Shown piece by piece: positions 25,691 to 39,790 of a stretch of DNA of 64,000 nucleotides. Made by a program: the position numbers and the translations under genes. The notes beneath the pieces are model-generated. The model saw nothing but the letters and a program-made list of their open reading frames with translations. It had not been told where the DNA came from and made no database searches. Position 1 is the stretch's first letter. The number at the start of each line of letters is the position of its first letter. The stretch comes from Camelus ferus (taxonomy: Eukaryota): assembly GCF_009834535.1 (NCBI RefSeq), contig NC_045705.1, forward strand, positions 32,550,001-32,614,000. The letters are read 5' to 3'.

Positions 25691-28600
25691 ATGGAGGCAG
25701 GATCTGATTACAAAGCCCACTTTATTGAACAGGCAGAATTTGCTTATAGAGTATAAAACAGGAGGTTTTCTCACAGTGGATTATATCATTCAGGGTGCAT
25801 GCAGCTAGCAAATACCTGATCAACAGCGTTTTTGGAAGACAGAAAAGGATAGTTTTATTCATGACATGGTTTTTCCCTTCAAAAAATATATCAAAAAAAG
25901 TATGGTATTGTAAGAAAAATAATCAGTAACTTTGAAACCAGATACATTTGGACTTCCTTTCTAAGCTATATGATTTTAGGTTAATTAATCCATAGTCTCT
26001 GTAGGCTCATTTTTAAAATAGAAACTATAATACTGAGATAATACTGTTGGTGACCACATTAAGTGAGACAACATATATTAAAACAGTGTCTGATCTTTGG
26101 GAAGTATTATTATTTCTCTCTCTTTCCTTCATGTATGCATGTGTGAGTGTGAAATCTAAGCATTCTTCAGATATCCACTATTCCCAATAAAATATATTAT
26201 ATATGAATAAAAATGTTAGACTTATAGTATTATCATTCCCTGGAACATTCAATTATTTTTTTTAAATACACATAGATCAGTTTTTCATTAGAAAAACTAC
26301 CAATTAGAGTCAAGATCTTTCAGATAGGTGGAAAGAAAAATATAAACTATCATATCATAACGATTGTTCCTTAGAAAAGTATAGTAAATATTCTCTATTT
26401 TTAGATTCTTCCATCATCACATTGCTTAGTTTGTTCAATAATGTAGAATCCAACAGATATACCTTTAAAAAGAGAAGAGCAAGGATGTAAGAGATGGTTT
26501 TAACATTCTTCATGAAAGACTTTATCATTAATAAGGAGATTCTCTAATTTGGGGGTAAAAACCCAGGGTCTACTGAAATAATTCATTAATAGAAAAGGTA
26601 CGTCACGAGCATATGCGTATTCTATGGCCAGCACAGTGAAGTAGGAACTGAAAAATAGACTGTCTAATGCCAGCCAGTCAGTTCATGAAAGTACTCAGTG
26701 AAAAACCTCTTTTACCTGAAACTTGTGTGCGCGTGTGCAAAACCATGGGCTTCATGTTGCTAGTGTCGGTCATAAATACCAGTGACATGGGGCACTTGTA
26801 TTTCTGAGCAGTACTGCTGGCTTGTAACTAATACGCTTCCTCAGAGTCACTTATCGGTCCATTCAAAAAAAGTTTTCTTATATATGCAAAAATGGAGGCA
26901 CTTTGTTTACTTTCAAAATGGACATTCATTTATTTATTTTTTTTTAACATTATAATCATTATGGAAACTTTATTTGGTGCCAAGCCAAGCTAGGTGGTAA
27001 GATAGAGACATGGACCTTGAGTTAACATTTGAAATAATTTTACATAACTTTATATGAGTGTGTACTTAAAAGAAATATATCTCCAGATATTTGTTTAAGT
27101 AGAATTTGACAAACTATTAATTGAATGTTAGAAGTTACAAGAATAGTTACCTATTTGTATGTGTGTTTTAACAGAATTTGTAGGCAACCTGACTTTCAAA
27201 TTTATTTAAATAACAAGCTCTAGTAGTAGAAAGGTTGAAATAATTGTATGGGATAATATAGAATCAATGAATATGAGAATGTTATTCTGCAGGAAATGCT
27301 GAGCAAAAATAAGCTCTAAGAGAGAAAGGATGCTTTGAAATACAACTGAGAAAAATATGTCAATTGGGAGACATTACAGTTTTGTGTCCTTTCCTTTTCC
27401 TTTGAAAGTAACATCTGACACTTGTTTTGATCAGACCCTGCCTGGTCTGGCATAACATTGTACTGGGAGCAATGAGTATGTTGGAGCAGGTGTGCAGAAG
27501 ATGAACAGATTCTTGCCTTGTACATTCATAAGACAATCTTTAATTTACTCAAAATGAATTGATTCCTCTAGAGCATCAGCCCTTTCATTTTCTTATACTC
27601 TAGCACTTAGCAAATTGTATTGATTTTTATCTTTGCAGTTTCACAAAACTATACAATCCTAGTGCTCCTTGAAGTGTCCTTGGTACTTGGAGCAGGACTT
27701 GGCTCATTGTAGAAAATTGGCAAACATTCATCAACTTTGCCTATGCTATGTAGCTTCAAAGTCACCTGAAATGTTAACATCTTAAAAAATCAACTTGTAT
27801 GTGCATCCTTTAGCACTAAAATACTTCCAGATAAGTCATCATAATTAATTCTAAAATTGGATTCATGATAACTAGTTGTGACAAAAAACAATTGTGGGTA
27901 AAATCTAAACTATGATATAAATAGCAAATACCCGTCACATCTTGGAAAATAGTTTAGAAGGCAGAGATGAAAGAAGGCATGAAAATCTTAGGCTTTAGGA
28001 GACTGGAATGTTATTGATAAACTCTAGAGTAGCTAAAATTCCTTCTGAGGCAAGACCTAAATCTTTGTACCAGCCATTCTCTGCCTGCTTCACGAGTTAA
28101 TATCTGAAAAATAAGTTATTTGAAGATTCTTGTTTCCTGTTAGGACTTAAAGAGGAAGACGTCTTATTGAAAATTACTGTCACAGGTAGAGGGAAATAAA
28201 TGGATGTCAGTCATGGACACGAGGCTGTTATCCTAAGTTCTGTCTCCCAGAGGTGACAGCAGGTCAACAGCAGCTGTGGTCACATCCTCTAAACCATTAA
28301 ATCAAAGCCCCTGCATAGTAAATGATACAGAATTAAAACTACTAAAAGTTAGCTCATGATAGTCAACATGTGTATTAACAGTTTTGTGTATACAGTTATA
28401 CATATACGGCCATACCATACACTGGTTTGTGGATATACGGAAGCTTTCTGGAAATGTAAGGAATTGTTAATAGTAATTTTGAGACGTGACAATGGAAGAT
28501 CAGGGTAAGGCAGAGAAAAGGAAACATTTTACTCTTTCACTGTATATTCTTCTAGAGATGGAATGTTTTACTGTGAGAATGTATAAATTTTATAATGTAA

Positions 28601-28876
28601 AATAAACATATAAAGTTACAAATACCAAAGTGTGTAAAGAAAGAGAAGTGATCCCCCATATCGACATGTATAATGCCCAGTCTTTTACACACAATGCACT
28701 CACATGTCACGTGTAAAACTGTAAGTCTTCTATACCTATGTCTTTACTGTTTTGTTGTTAGACTATAGATTTTCATCATGGATTTAAAATTGACTTTTCT
28801 GTAAATGCAGTTAAAGTTGTATCCAGTTCTCATAAATATCTTTTATTTAATATTTAAAGAAAGATGCACTGTAATT

Positions 28877-29833
28877 TTACTTCGAAAGTACATTTCTTCT
28901 GATCACTTTCCGGAAAGCTTGTTTCACATCCTTGTTCCTCAGACTGTAAATGATGGGGTTCAACATAGGGCTTACAAAAGTGTAGAAAACAGCAATGATC
29001 TTGGACTGCTCCACTGACTTGTCCGAGGGAGGTCTAACATACATGCAGAACAGGGTCCCATAAAACACAGTCACTGCCACCAGATGGGACCCGCAGGTGG
29101 AAAAAGCTTTGCGCCTACCATCAGCAGAATGCATCTTCAGGATGGCAATGAGAATGAAGATGTAGGAGATGAGGATTATGAGAAGGGAGTTGGAGAGGTT
29201 AAATCCTGCCACCACAAACATGGAGGTCTCCTTAATGAATGTGTCAGAACAGGAGAGCCTGATGAGGGGTGGGTNNNNNNNNNNNNNNNNNNNNNNNNNN
29301 NNNNNNNNNNNNNNNNNNNNNNNNNNNNNNNNNNNNNNNNNNNNNNNNNNNNNNNNNNNNNNNNNNNNNNNNNNNNNNNNNNNNNNNNNNNNNNNNNNNN
29401 NNNNNNACATCTTGCTGCTATAAAGCAAAGGGTTACAGATGGCCATGTACCTATCATAAGCCATTACAGCTAACATGTAATACTCAGTAATCACCATGGC
29501 AATGAAAAAATAGCACTGGACTAAACAAGCAGTATAGGAAATGGTTTTTTTCTCTAATAAGAAGTTCATCAACATCTTGGGGGTCACATTAGTGGAATAG
29601 CACAAATCCAAGCAGGACAGACTGGCAAGAAAGAAGTGCATAGGGGTGTGGAGGCGAGAATCTATCCTGATCAGGACCAGCATCCCAAGGTTCCCCCCAA
29701 CAGTGATCAAGTAGATCACCAGGAACAGCACAAAAAGAATGGGCTGAAGATCTGGATGATCCGTTAATCCCAAGAGAACAAATTCAGTCACTAAGCTGGA
29801 ATTTCTTCTGACCATTTTCTTAGGTGCAGGCAT
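28877..29833 (-). CDS. OR5M5: Olfactory receptor OR5M5/Olfr1030-like, 318 aa, apparently intact across a 132-N run
   Basis: [18 protein letters not shown]...[20 protein letters not shown]...LASLSCLDL...MAYDRY...KAFSTCGSH...[16 protein letters not shown]...RRNVLSK closely resembles recalled mouse Olfr1030/Or5m5. The frame is preserved across the Ns, but TM4-ECL2 is unseen. Confidence 0.75.
   Translation of the reverse strand: MPAPKKMVRRNSSLVTEFVLLGLTDHPDLQPILFVLFLVIYLITVGGNLGMLVLIRIDSRLHTPMHFFLASLSCLDLCYSTNVTPKMLMNFLLEKKTISYTACLVQCYFFIAMVITEYYMLAVMAYDRYMAICNPLLYSSKMXXXXXXXXXXXXXXXXXXXXXXXXXXXXXXXXXXXXXXXXXXXXXPPLIRLSCSDTFIKETSMFVVAGFNLSNSLLIILISYIFILIAILKMHSADGRRKAFSTCGSHLVAVTVFYGTLFCMYVRPPSDKSVEQSKIIAVFYTFVSPMLNPIIYSLRNKDVKQAFRKVIRRNVLSK
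29275..29406. other. Run of 132 N (unresolved or masked bases)
   Basis: Direct observation. Confidence 1.
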
Positions 29834-30743
29834 TGTTCACTTAGATGAATTAAAATAAATTTAGAAGTGAATGAGAAGTCCATCATATGCTTCTTGTCTC
29901 TCATTCTCTCTCTTTTTCTTCTACTCTCAACTACCCTCACACATAGCAATTATTAGGCAGAGTCAGGAGCTGTAGGAAGTAGGACTTTTAAGAAGGTCAT
30001 AACCTGTAATATCTAAGTGTATAATGTGCAGATGATTCCCAAAGAGAATGGCTCCTGTGACTCCAACTTGTTGGAGAATGAGGGAATTATGAGCTAAAGT
30101 TTATTTAAAATCGATGAACCACTAACCACCACTTATGATTTACTACAGAATTATGGGCTTTATCATTTTTTCCAGGAACATTTCGAGACAAAACAGTGAC
30201 AAGTAATAGAAAACACTTTTGCAGTTCTTAACAGTGTGTGCATATTTAGAAGTCTGACCTTTGAGAATCGCACTCATTACTTGCTGTAATAGAGAGCTCC
30301 AAATTACAGAGATTTGAAGAAAATTCTCCAGGGCCCATTTTACTACTATATCCAAAAAATACAGGAGATTGTGGTATTCCTGTGTGAAAAGACCAAAGAT
30401 AAAGACTCCAGATTTGGAAATAATGAAGTCCTGTATGAATTAGTCATGAAGGAATTTTCACTCAGAAGAGTTTGTGTGAATAAAGCAAGAGAAACTTGGA
30501 TAGAGGAAAAGGGAAGTGGCCAAACTTAGATCACAGTTTTCTTTGCTTATTAATTAATTTATTTATTTTTCATTTATCCCAGAAAACGTTTAAGGAGTTT
30601 ACAGCACACAAAAACAGTTGGCAAATCTGAGCTATTGTTGGAACACAAATTTGACTCTAAATTTTCTAACAGCACATATGAATAGTTCAACCATCTTCGT
30701 TACAGACTTATAATGCCCAGAAGTTATAAAAAGAAACGAATCA

Positions 30744-30888
30744 GGGGGAGGGTATAGCTCAAGTAGTAGAGCACATGCTTAGCATGCATGAGGTTCTGGG
30801 TTCAAGCCCCAGCACTTCCTCTAAGAATAAATACATAAACCTACTTACCTCCCTCCACCTCCCCCCAAGAAAAAAAAAGGAAAAAAAA
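30744..30888 (+). mobile_element. Vic-1-like tRNA-derived SINE
   Basis: gggggagggtatagctcaagtagtagagcacatgcttagcatgcatgaggttctgggttcaagccccag with an A tail. TSD aagaaacgaatca (30731-30743) / aagaaactaatca (30889-30901). Confidence 0.9.
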
Positions 30889-31699
30889 AAGAAACTAATC
30901 AAGAGAAAGAGAATTAGCCTTAGTATAGAGTTTAGGTGACATTAATTATAACGAAAGGATTACACTTTCAGATAAAATTATCATTTTAGGTAATATCGAT
31001 TATAATGAAAGAATAGACTGAGAAATTCTTGTGCCAGGAGTCTGGAGAATATATTTTCATTATGGATCCTCAATGGGTTCATGTGTTATTTTATAAATGA
31101 TACAATAAATAAGATAAGGAATCAAAACTGAAATGACTATGGGAACCAATCAGAGAACAAGAGTGAGTTAAGTGGGTTGGGTATAAGAGTGAACTCAAGA
31201 AAACTAGAGGGTTATTCCAGACTAAAGAGTCAGCAGACACAAAGGCCAGTTGACTTTTACCTGTATGGTAATGTTGGCCCTGTGTTCCAAGATCTTACAC
31301 ATCCAATTTTAAATAGATATCAGAATTCATTATTATTATTTTTATGTGAAACTTATCAAATATAGTGTTGGCAATAATTCAAGTTTTAAACCTATCTTTA
31401 CCCAGAGCATAACAAAAGAAATCTGTAGGCTTGATCCACAGAGATTCAAATAACAACTCACCAATTATATTTGCAGTATCTAAGCTGTTCCTAGAGATTG
31501 AACCAAGTACCCTCAGAAGTTACCTACTTTGATCTTGTAATATTTTTATGATCCTGTATGAGTTAGTCATTATAATAAGATAATCTTTGTACATAAAGAG
31601 CAGTCAACACTATGTGTATGCAAATCACTTTGCCAGGGAAATAAAGATAACTGGTAACAGTGCTTAACTTGAAAGATCTGGTTGGTGCCTTCATGGGGA

Positions 31700-31915
31700 A
31701 GGAGATATATGAAGAGAAAACTAAAGTTAGAAGTAATTAGTTCAATAACAAGATTTGAACACAGTAATTAATTGTGCTCTGGAATCAGGACATGGATCAA
31801 AGAATGATAACCTTCATCTAGGGCTTGAAGGATAACTAAGAATTTTCTAGAAGGACAAGTGTAAGGAGGACATTTAGATAGGATCAAGAGTACCTGCAGA
31901 GACAGAAAGCTTTCA
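31700..31915 (-). mobile_element. L2 remnant
   Basis: Purine-rich ggacatttagataggatcaagagtacctgcagagacagaaagc resembles the antisense L2 motif gaagggcattccaggcagagggaacagc. Confidence 0.45.
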
Positions 31916-34900
31916 AGAGAAATCGAAAATATCCCATCTCCACGTAGGGCTGATCTGTTGTGTCAACTAAAACATTTTAAAATGGCAAGTAGCCAAACAA
32001 ATTGACAGTCCCCGTAGAAGGCCGAGAAGTGTGAATACCCCTGACAGATACAAGGCAGCATGTTTTTGAATTTGTTTGGAATGTACGTGTTTATGTGTGT
32101 TACATCCATGTTACGGTGATGCATGTGAACAAAAATTCCCTGTAAATTTGAAAAAGAAGTAATTTGCAGGGCTTAAATCTACAGCTTTGGCCTTTGGGAG
32201 GAAAGTACAATAATCAGAGAACTGGGATTTATAAATGACAGAAATGCTCTTTCCAGAACACTTTCACCAGAACGATGAGTCCATTTGGAAAACGTACACT
32301 TAGTATACGAAATCTTCCACTTTAATGGCATAAGAAATTTCTATGATGAATTCAAGCTAGTTGCATTAGAGCTAAAACCTTTTTTACCCCCAACTGAAAG
32401 TAAGCATCTGAATGACTTTGGAATACTTGAAAGAAATTTAACTGAAGATTATGCTTTTGAAGAGTGTGTGCTGCTGGGATGTGTCAGAGGCTCATGTTTA
32501 ATGGCTGGGGGGATGGCTTTTGTTAGCTCCTTACTTAATTTTTACTGCACCCAAAGTGCCCTTGTACTTAGAAATATTGTTTATTTATTTGATACTTATA
32601 CAGTAAGTATCAAAATTTTTCTTCCATAACTCTTTCATCTTCTAAATCCTTTTCCAGCATACAATACTGAATAATTCATATTAAATTATTGGAGAGATTG
32701 CTGAACCTATTTAAAAACAGCCATGAATATTTTGATCTCTGTAAGAGAAATATCACACACAAAGAATTAATTAAACTTTAGGGAGGTAGGGAAACAGACA
32801 CTCTTCTAAAAAGGGTTTTTCTTGTGACATTGGTGTCCAGTTTGAAATCTCTGGGTCATTAGTAGTCAGTGTAGGTAGCAATGAGTTTTTTAAAGTCTGT
32901 GTTCTTTATTTCAAGAACTATAACGGAAATAAAACTCCACATTAGTTTTCATTGACTCTCCAATATCAAATTGCTTTCTTTTGGATTGGAATTATAATAA
33001 ATAACTAGCTAAAAGAGAAAACATAGATTTGATTATACTAATGAATTTGATTCCCAAGGATATTGATACTCAGTTTTTTTCTTTATGTAGAGATGCCAGG
33101 AAAAAAGCATTAAACATAATTTAGTTGGAATCACTGAGCAAAAAATGAGACATGCCATTTATGGTAAATTGGTCAACATGATCAATATTTGGTGAAAATT
33201 TGGAGTTCCAAGAATTTCCTCTTCTCCTCCTCAAAAAAATCAATCAATGAAAGTGCAAAGCTCACCTTTACAAGTGTCACTGGTACCTGAAATGCTACTC
33301 ATTTAAATATTTATCGAGGAAAAGTTTTCCCTTCTCAGGGTTCAATTGACATGCAAGTGTATGATGTAGCAGAATAACAATGAGCTGCTGTCACAGTCAC
33401 TAGTTATCCCCTGTGCATAGGGCCACCATTCTGTAGTCCCATAAAATGGATTGAGTGGGAGAATAGGAGATATTGAACCCAAGAAAGGGATCACAGAAAA
33501 TAGATGTAAGGGCTACTGAAGTTTGGTTGCAGTCTAGAAACTACCTCAATTTGTCATAGAGACAGGTAAGTCTGCAAGAATAGCAGGGCAAATAGTGATA
33601 TTTTAAGGTAGGCAATGAAGAAAATGGTCCGTAAGTCATGTGGTTGGTGGAGCCATGCATCTCAAGTGAATATAAATTTCCCTGGAAGGAGCACCTTCCT
33701 TGTCTACTCTACCATAATGAGCTCCAGCACCTTCCACCTACCTCTCCCTTCCAACATCTCACAAATATAAGGGCAAGGTACATTGCCTGATTACAAAGCA
33801 TGAAACTAAATTATAGATCATGCTACACATTGTAGCTTCGTACTAGCCAATGGTACACCAGTAAAAACTCTTGTGCGTCTTCATTTAGAAAAGATTTTTT
33901 ATCTTATTATTAGTGATTTTTTTTTTCTGTGGACTTCAGAGTCCTCATTTATTCAATATCAGACTTTGACTAAATAATTTTTAAATTCCCATTATGTGTT
34001 ACATTCATTTATGTAGTTACAAATCCTACCCTCATTACTAGTCATGTGTCTCTTAGTTAATATGTCTCTCTCCCCATTAATTTAGAGAGAGATTTGTAAA
34101 GTTCTATGAGGTTTTTTTTTTTTTTTTGCTAGAATGAGTATAATTCCTGCTTGAGGTTGTCTGTTTCTCTTTTGAATTATTCCATAAATATTTTTGAGGG
34201 GGAAAACTATTCTTTCAACAGATATTATTCTAAAAATGTTTATAAGATTGTCAAGTGCTTACTGTAATATGGTTATTCAGTGTGTTAAATTATTGAATGA
34301 ATGGAAAGAATGCTATTTGTAAAGGAAAATGATTAGTGTAAAGACACGATTCCAATAAAATGTTATATTTTCTAGTGACCAATCTAAATAAGCAATACAT
34401 AAAGACTAATTTTAATTGGCTAAGAAATTAAGCTCACATTCAAAGCTGTTTTTGTTGTCACTAGACTCCTACTGATGAAGACCCAAAGGTGAAACAAGAA
34501 GAGAAAATGCAAGAACAGAAGTCAGAATTTTCATCCCTACCTGACCCAAGGAAAGATTCTCTCTTGAGACACTAGTGGTCCAAGTGATGAGTTTCTGAGA
34601 ATGATTTATACCCACCTTGTAATTGGGAGCTTTTACCCCTAAAGCATTTTCAACACACTCTGGAGAAATAATTATAATGTTGCTGTAAGAGAAAGCTCCA
34701 GGGAAAATAGTAATTATGTGGAGTCATACTCATTGGAGTCTGGGGATTGGCACAATGGGATTCATCAGTTTGTAATCATTTTGAGCTGACTACTTTAGGT
34801 GATCAGGAGTTTATTCTCATGGAGTTTCTGCATCATGGATCACCACTTATTCTAATAAGATCAATAGAATAATTAATAAAGATATAAAATGATTACATAA

Positions 34901-36511
34901 TTCATAGACAAGGATGTTTCTGTGATATCATCCCAGTCTGAATCATGTTTTGTCAATGTCTTCTACAAAATTACTTTTGAGTAAATGTTTGCTAAATAGA
35001 CTTTCATATCTAGAATAAAGTGGTTAAATGATAAAACCCGGCGAGTAAAATCATTTGGACATGATATCATAATGAATTGTAGTAGAGTGAGTTTAAGGTG
35101 TTGGGCCCAAGTGTTGGAAAGTAATATTTTATGGAAAACCTGGTGAGCATGTAATTTAGCAGTATTTTATTTACTTGAACTCATGTGAAATACAAAGGCT
35201 AAAAGTAAAAACAGTGTGTCTATCTTTTCTTTCTATTTACGAAGTATTCGATTATCCTCTGATCCAAGAGGTACAAAGATAAAAATGATATAATCATATT
35301 CTTAAATAGTTATTAGTGTAATTGTGAAGGCAAAAGACGTGAATCCTTCCATGGTGTATTGAATCAAAGCTTTTACCATGATCTACCTCTAGATTTTTTT
35401 TCTCACCCTCGTCAGTCTGCTTAGCCATTACTGGTCTTGTGAGAACCTCTTTCAGACTCAGGCCATTCCCACAGCTCTTGTCACTGCCTTGAATACTGTT
35501 TCTCCCTGACTTCCTCAACCTCTTGCCTACCCATCATTTAAACAACTTAAAGGTCAATTTCTCTACCCAAATGAAACCTGCTCACCACCACAATTATTCC
35601 AGCTTATCTTACCTTGTTGTTTCTTTATGACATTCCTTACAATCTTAACTGTAAATATAGTGCTTTTTTTTTTTTTTTTGGTAAGATTTGTTTTCTTTTC
35701 CAGACTACTAATTCCAAGAGGATAGGAAACTGTGATTTCATGTTCACTATATACACAGCGTTCAGTACAGTAATGGAAACATGCTAAGTGCCACATAAAT
35801 ATTTATTAAGGAAATTTATTGAAAAAAATAGAGCAAGATTTCACCCACAAATGTGTTTTGTTTTTGTTCACATGATGTTTTCAAACTGACAAATTTTATG
35901 TGAATTACAGTATTATGAATTTTTTTTTTTTAAATCGGACTAATCTGACTCCCCATGGCTTGCATTCTGGCATGGAAATAACATGACTAAAGCTGAGCAG
36001 CAGCTTCTTCCATTAAAAGGTAAATGCACTATGGTTTGTCAAGAGCTGTTAAACTACTTATTATGATCTTCTAACCCTCATACCAACTTCACAATTTATT
36101 TGATTTTTTGGCCACAATATTGAATATAGTGTGAGATGCACTAAACATTTTAGTTACAAAGTAGAACAGGAACACAATGGAGAAAATGATTACTTCTACT
36201 CACAAAAGTCTAGCAATGTAACTCATAGGTGATAGCTTCATATACACAGTGCCTTGATCAAGTGAGGAAGACAGAACAAGGCATCTTTCATTTATGAGGG
36301 TAGAAAGTCATGATTTTCAACTGTCATAATCATATCTGTTCTGTGTGAGTTTATGTCAGTTTGGAGGAAGAATTGTCTTTGGCCCTTGAAATCACACTGT
36401 CATTAGCCTGGTACTTTAGACAGTCTGATACCTAATGAAACAACCCAGATTATGATAACAGATGGGTGGGTAAATGATTATGGTATATCTTAAAAATGTA
36501 ATCCTATTCAA

Positions 36512-37004
36512 AAGATATAAACACCCCATTGTCCATAGCAGCACTATTTACAATAACCAAGATGTAGAAGCAAGTGGAATGTCCATTGACAGATGACTGG
36601 ATAAAGAAGATGTGATATATGTATACAATGGAATACTACTCAGCCATAAAAAGGATAAAATAATGCAGTTTGCAGCAACATGGATGCACTTGCAGATATA
36701 TCATTCTAAATGAAGTAAGCCAGAAAAGGAAAGAAAAATACCATATTATATCACTTATACGTGGAATCTAAAAAAAAAAATGAGACAAATCACTTGTTAA
36801 CAAAACATAACAGACTTACACACATAGAAAACAAACTTGTGGTTACCAAGGGCTAAAGAGGGGTGGATGGATAAATTGGGAGTTTGGGATTTGCAGACAC
36901 AACTACTATATATAAAATAGATAAACAACAAGGTCCCACTGTAGAGCACAGGGAATTATAATCAATACCTTGTAATAGCCTATCATGAAAAAGAGTATGA
37001 AGAG

Positions 37005-37075
<71 letters not shown>

Positions 37076-37191
37076 CTGTGTGTTTGTATGTATATATACA
37101 TACAAACACACATACACATATATATATAACTGAATCACTATGCTGTTACACCAGAAATTAACACAACAATGTACTTCAATTTTTTAAAAAA
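36512..37191 (+). mobile_element. 5'-truncated L1 (3' end) nested in an older L1M fragment
   Basis: L1 3' motifs catagcagcactatttacaataaccaaga and ggaatactactcagccataaaaagga, ending in poly(A). 20-bp TSD aaaaatgtaat(cc/tt)tattcaa at 36492-36511 and 37192-37211. Confidence 0.85.
37007..37073. repeat. (TA)n microsatellite within the L1 3' UTR
   Basis: About 33 uninterrupted AT units. Confidence 0.95.
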
Positions 37192-37211
37192 AAAAATGTA
37201 ATTTTATTCAA

Positions 37212-37560
37212 TAACAGAAAATATGTCAAATTACTGGCCCAACCAACAACTGGATAATTCCCAAAAACATTTTGTTAAGTACAAGAACCTACATAAAAAT
37301 GGCTATGCATATTTTGATTTCATTTATATGAATTATAGTTAGGAAAGCAGATCTGTGGTTAACAAGGGCTGGATATGCAAGGAAAAAACTGTCCACAAAG
37401 GGCTAAAAAGGAAATGTGGGGAGTGATGAAAAGTTTTGTATCTCAACTGTGGTGGTAGTCATATGGGTGCCCACATTTGTCAAAACACATTGAACTGTGC
37501 TTATAGTGAATACATTTTATTGCAAGAAAACTACATATTAATAAAATAAAGCTTAAAAAA
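37212..37560 (+). mobile_element. Old L1M (L1MC/ME-like) 3' end, right half of the interrupted element
   Basis: caactgtggtggtagtcatatgggtgcccacatttgtcaaaacacattgaactgtg...aataaaataaag is a typical old L1M 3' terminus. Confidence 0.6.
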
Positions 37561-37719
37561 TCTTATAACGTTTTTATTATTACCAACCAAATGAAGTTAA
37601 ATCACTTGCATAAAGGACACATATCAAATTTTAGAAAAGAAATTTCAAATTCATTTGTGCCCTATTATAATTATACACTTTCTCCACAGGGAGCAGGTTT
37701 TTTTGTGAAGAAGTGGATG

Positions 37720-39790
37720 TATCAATTAATAGAATGAAAAATAAAAACCATATGATCATCTCAACAGATGCAGAAAAAGCACTTGACAAAATTCAACATT
37801 CCTTCAACATAGAACTCTCCACAAATTGAGTATAGAAAGAATATATCTCAGTATAAGGACCATCCATGGCAAGTCCACAGTTAACATCATTCTCAGTAGC
37901 AAAATGTTGAAAACTTTTCTTCTAAGATCAGAAGTAAGACAAAGGTGCCCAGTATCACCACTCCTAGTCAGCATAGTACTAGAAGTCTGACCTAGAGCAA
38001 TTAGGAAAGAAAAAAGAGCATCCAATATCAGAAAGGAAAATATAAAATTGTCTGTTTGCAGATATGATCTTGTAAAACCCTAAAGAGTCCACCCAAAAAC
38101 TATTAGGACTAATAAAAAAAATTTCTTTTTTATTGCAGGATATAAAATCAATATGCAAAAATCAGTTACATTTCTATATACTAACAATGAACTATTTAAG
38201 AAAGAAATAAAGAAAACAACCTCACAATAGCAGCAAAAACAATAAAATACTTAGAAATAAATTTTAACATGTCAACAGATTGTATACTGAAAACAATAAG
38301 CCATTGAAGAAAAAACTTGAAGATGACATAAACGGAAAGATATCTCATGTTCATGGACTGGAATAGTTAAAATTGTTAAAATGTTCATACTACTCAAAGC
38401 CATCTACAGATTTAATTCAATCCCTATAAAACTCCAATGGCATTTTTTTCAGAAACAGAATAAACAACCCCAAGACTCATATGGAACTACAAAAGACCCT
38501 GAATAGTCAAAGGGATACAGAGAAAGAACACAGCCAAAGGCATCACACTTCCTGGTTCCCTGATTTCAAATTATTTTACAAAGCTGTAGTAATGAGAACA
38601 GTATGGGACAGACATTTAAAAATGTACACATTGACCAATGAACTGAAAGCCCAGAAATAAACCCTTACATATGTGGTCAATTAATTTTTGAAAAGGGAGC
38701 CAAAAATATTCAATAAGAAAAGGATAGTGTCTTCAATGAATGGTGTTGGGAACACTGGACAACCACATGCAAGAGAATTAAACTGAACTCCTAACATACA
38801 TCATTCCCCAAAATTAATCTGAAATGGATTAAGGACTTAAACATAAGATGTGCAATGATAAAATACCTAGAAGGAAACATAGTGCAAATACTCTGAATTT
38901 TTGTCTTGGCAATGGCGTTTTGTGTATGACAACAAAAGACAGGCAACAACAGCATAATTAGACACATGAGACTACATTCAACTTAAAAGCTTTTGCACAA
39001 GAAGAGAAACAATCAGCAAAATGAAAAGGAAACCTATGGTTTGGGGAGAAAATATTTGCAAATATTTTTTTAACCAAAATATTTGTAAACCATGTATAAT
39101 TAAGAAGCAATCACATGTATTCACAAAACTAAAAGTGAAACCCATGAAGTTGAATTTAAAAAGTAAAAATTTAATTTTTAAAAAAATAAGCAAAGGACCT
39201 GAATAAATATTTTTCCAAAAGAAGACATACAAACGGCCAACAAGTAGATGAAAAGGGGCTCAAAATCACTCAAAGAGATGAATGGAAATTAAAATCACAG
39301 TTAGATATATGTTTACATTGTCAGAATGGCTGGTATCAAACAGACAAGTGATTACTAGTACTGGAAAGAATGTGGAGAAAAAGGAACGCATTACTGACGG
39401 GAAATGCAGATTGGTATAGTCACTATGAAAAACAATACAGAGATGTCTTTAAAATTCAAAAATAGAACTAGCGTATGCTTCAGTAAATGCATTTCTGGAC
39501 TAGAAGTATATCCAGAGGAAATAAAATCATGATCTAAAAGAAGTTTTCGCTCCATGTTCATTGCAACATTATTCATCACAGCCAAGACATGGACACAACC
39601 TAAGGGCCAATCAATAAATTAATACATAAAGATGATATCATACACACACACACACAACATTGGAACATTATTCAGCCTAAAAATAAAAGTAAACTGCTAT
39701 CGGTTACAACATGAAAGATCCTTGAGGTCATTCTGTTAAGTGAAATAAGTCAGACAAATGGAAAGAAAAACACTGCATGATCTCACATTT
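37720..39790 (+). mobile_element. Degraded L1 ORF2 (reverse transcriptase to 3' region)
   Basis: aaaaccatatgatcatctcaacagatgcagaaaaagcacttgacaaaattcaaca encodes NHMIISTDAEKALDKIQ, an L1 RT motif. Downstream L1 hallmarks (gccatctacagatttaattcaatccctat, tgttcattgcaacattattca) are present with many stops and indels. Confidence 0.9.

Noticed and set aside
5901-30830. tRNA-like sequences at 5901-5980, 14118-14178, 14910-14990 and 30744-30830
   Set aside because: They have A-rich tails, TSDs and mutual divergence and lack a proper acceptor stem, so they are SINEs rather than tRNA genes.
36853-37119. ORFs with YIYIYI or CVCVCV runs (also 21200-21502 and 25082-25276)
   Set aside because: These are translations of microsatellites.
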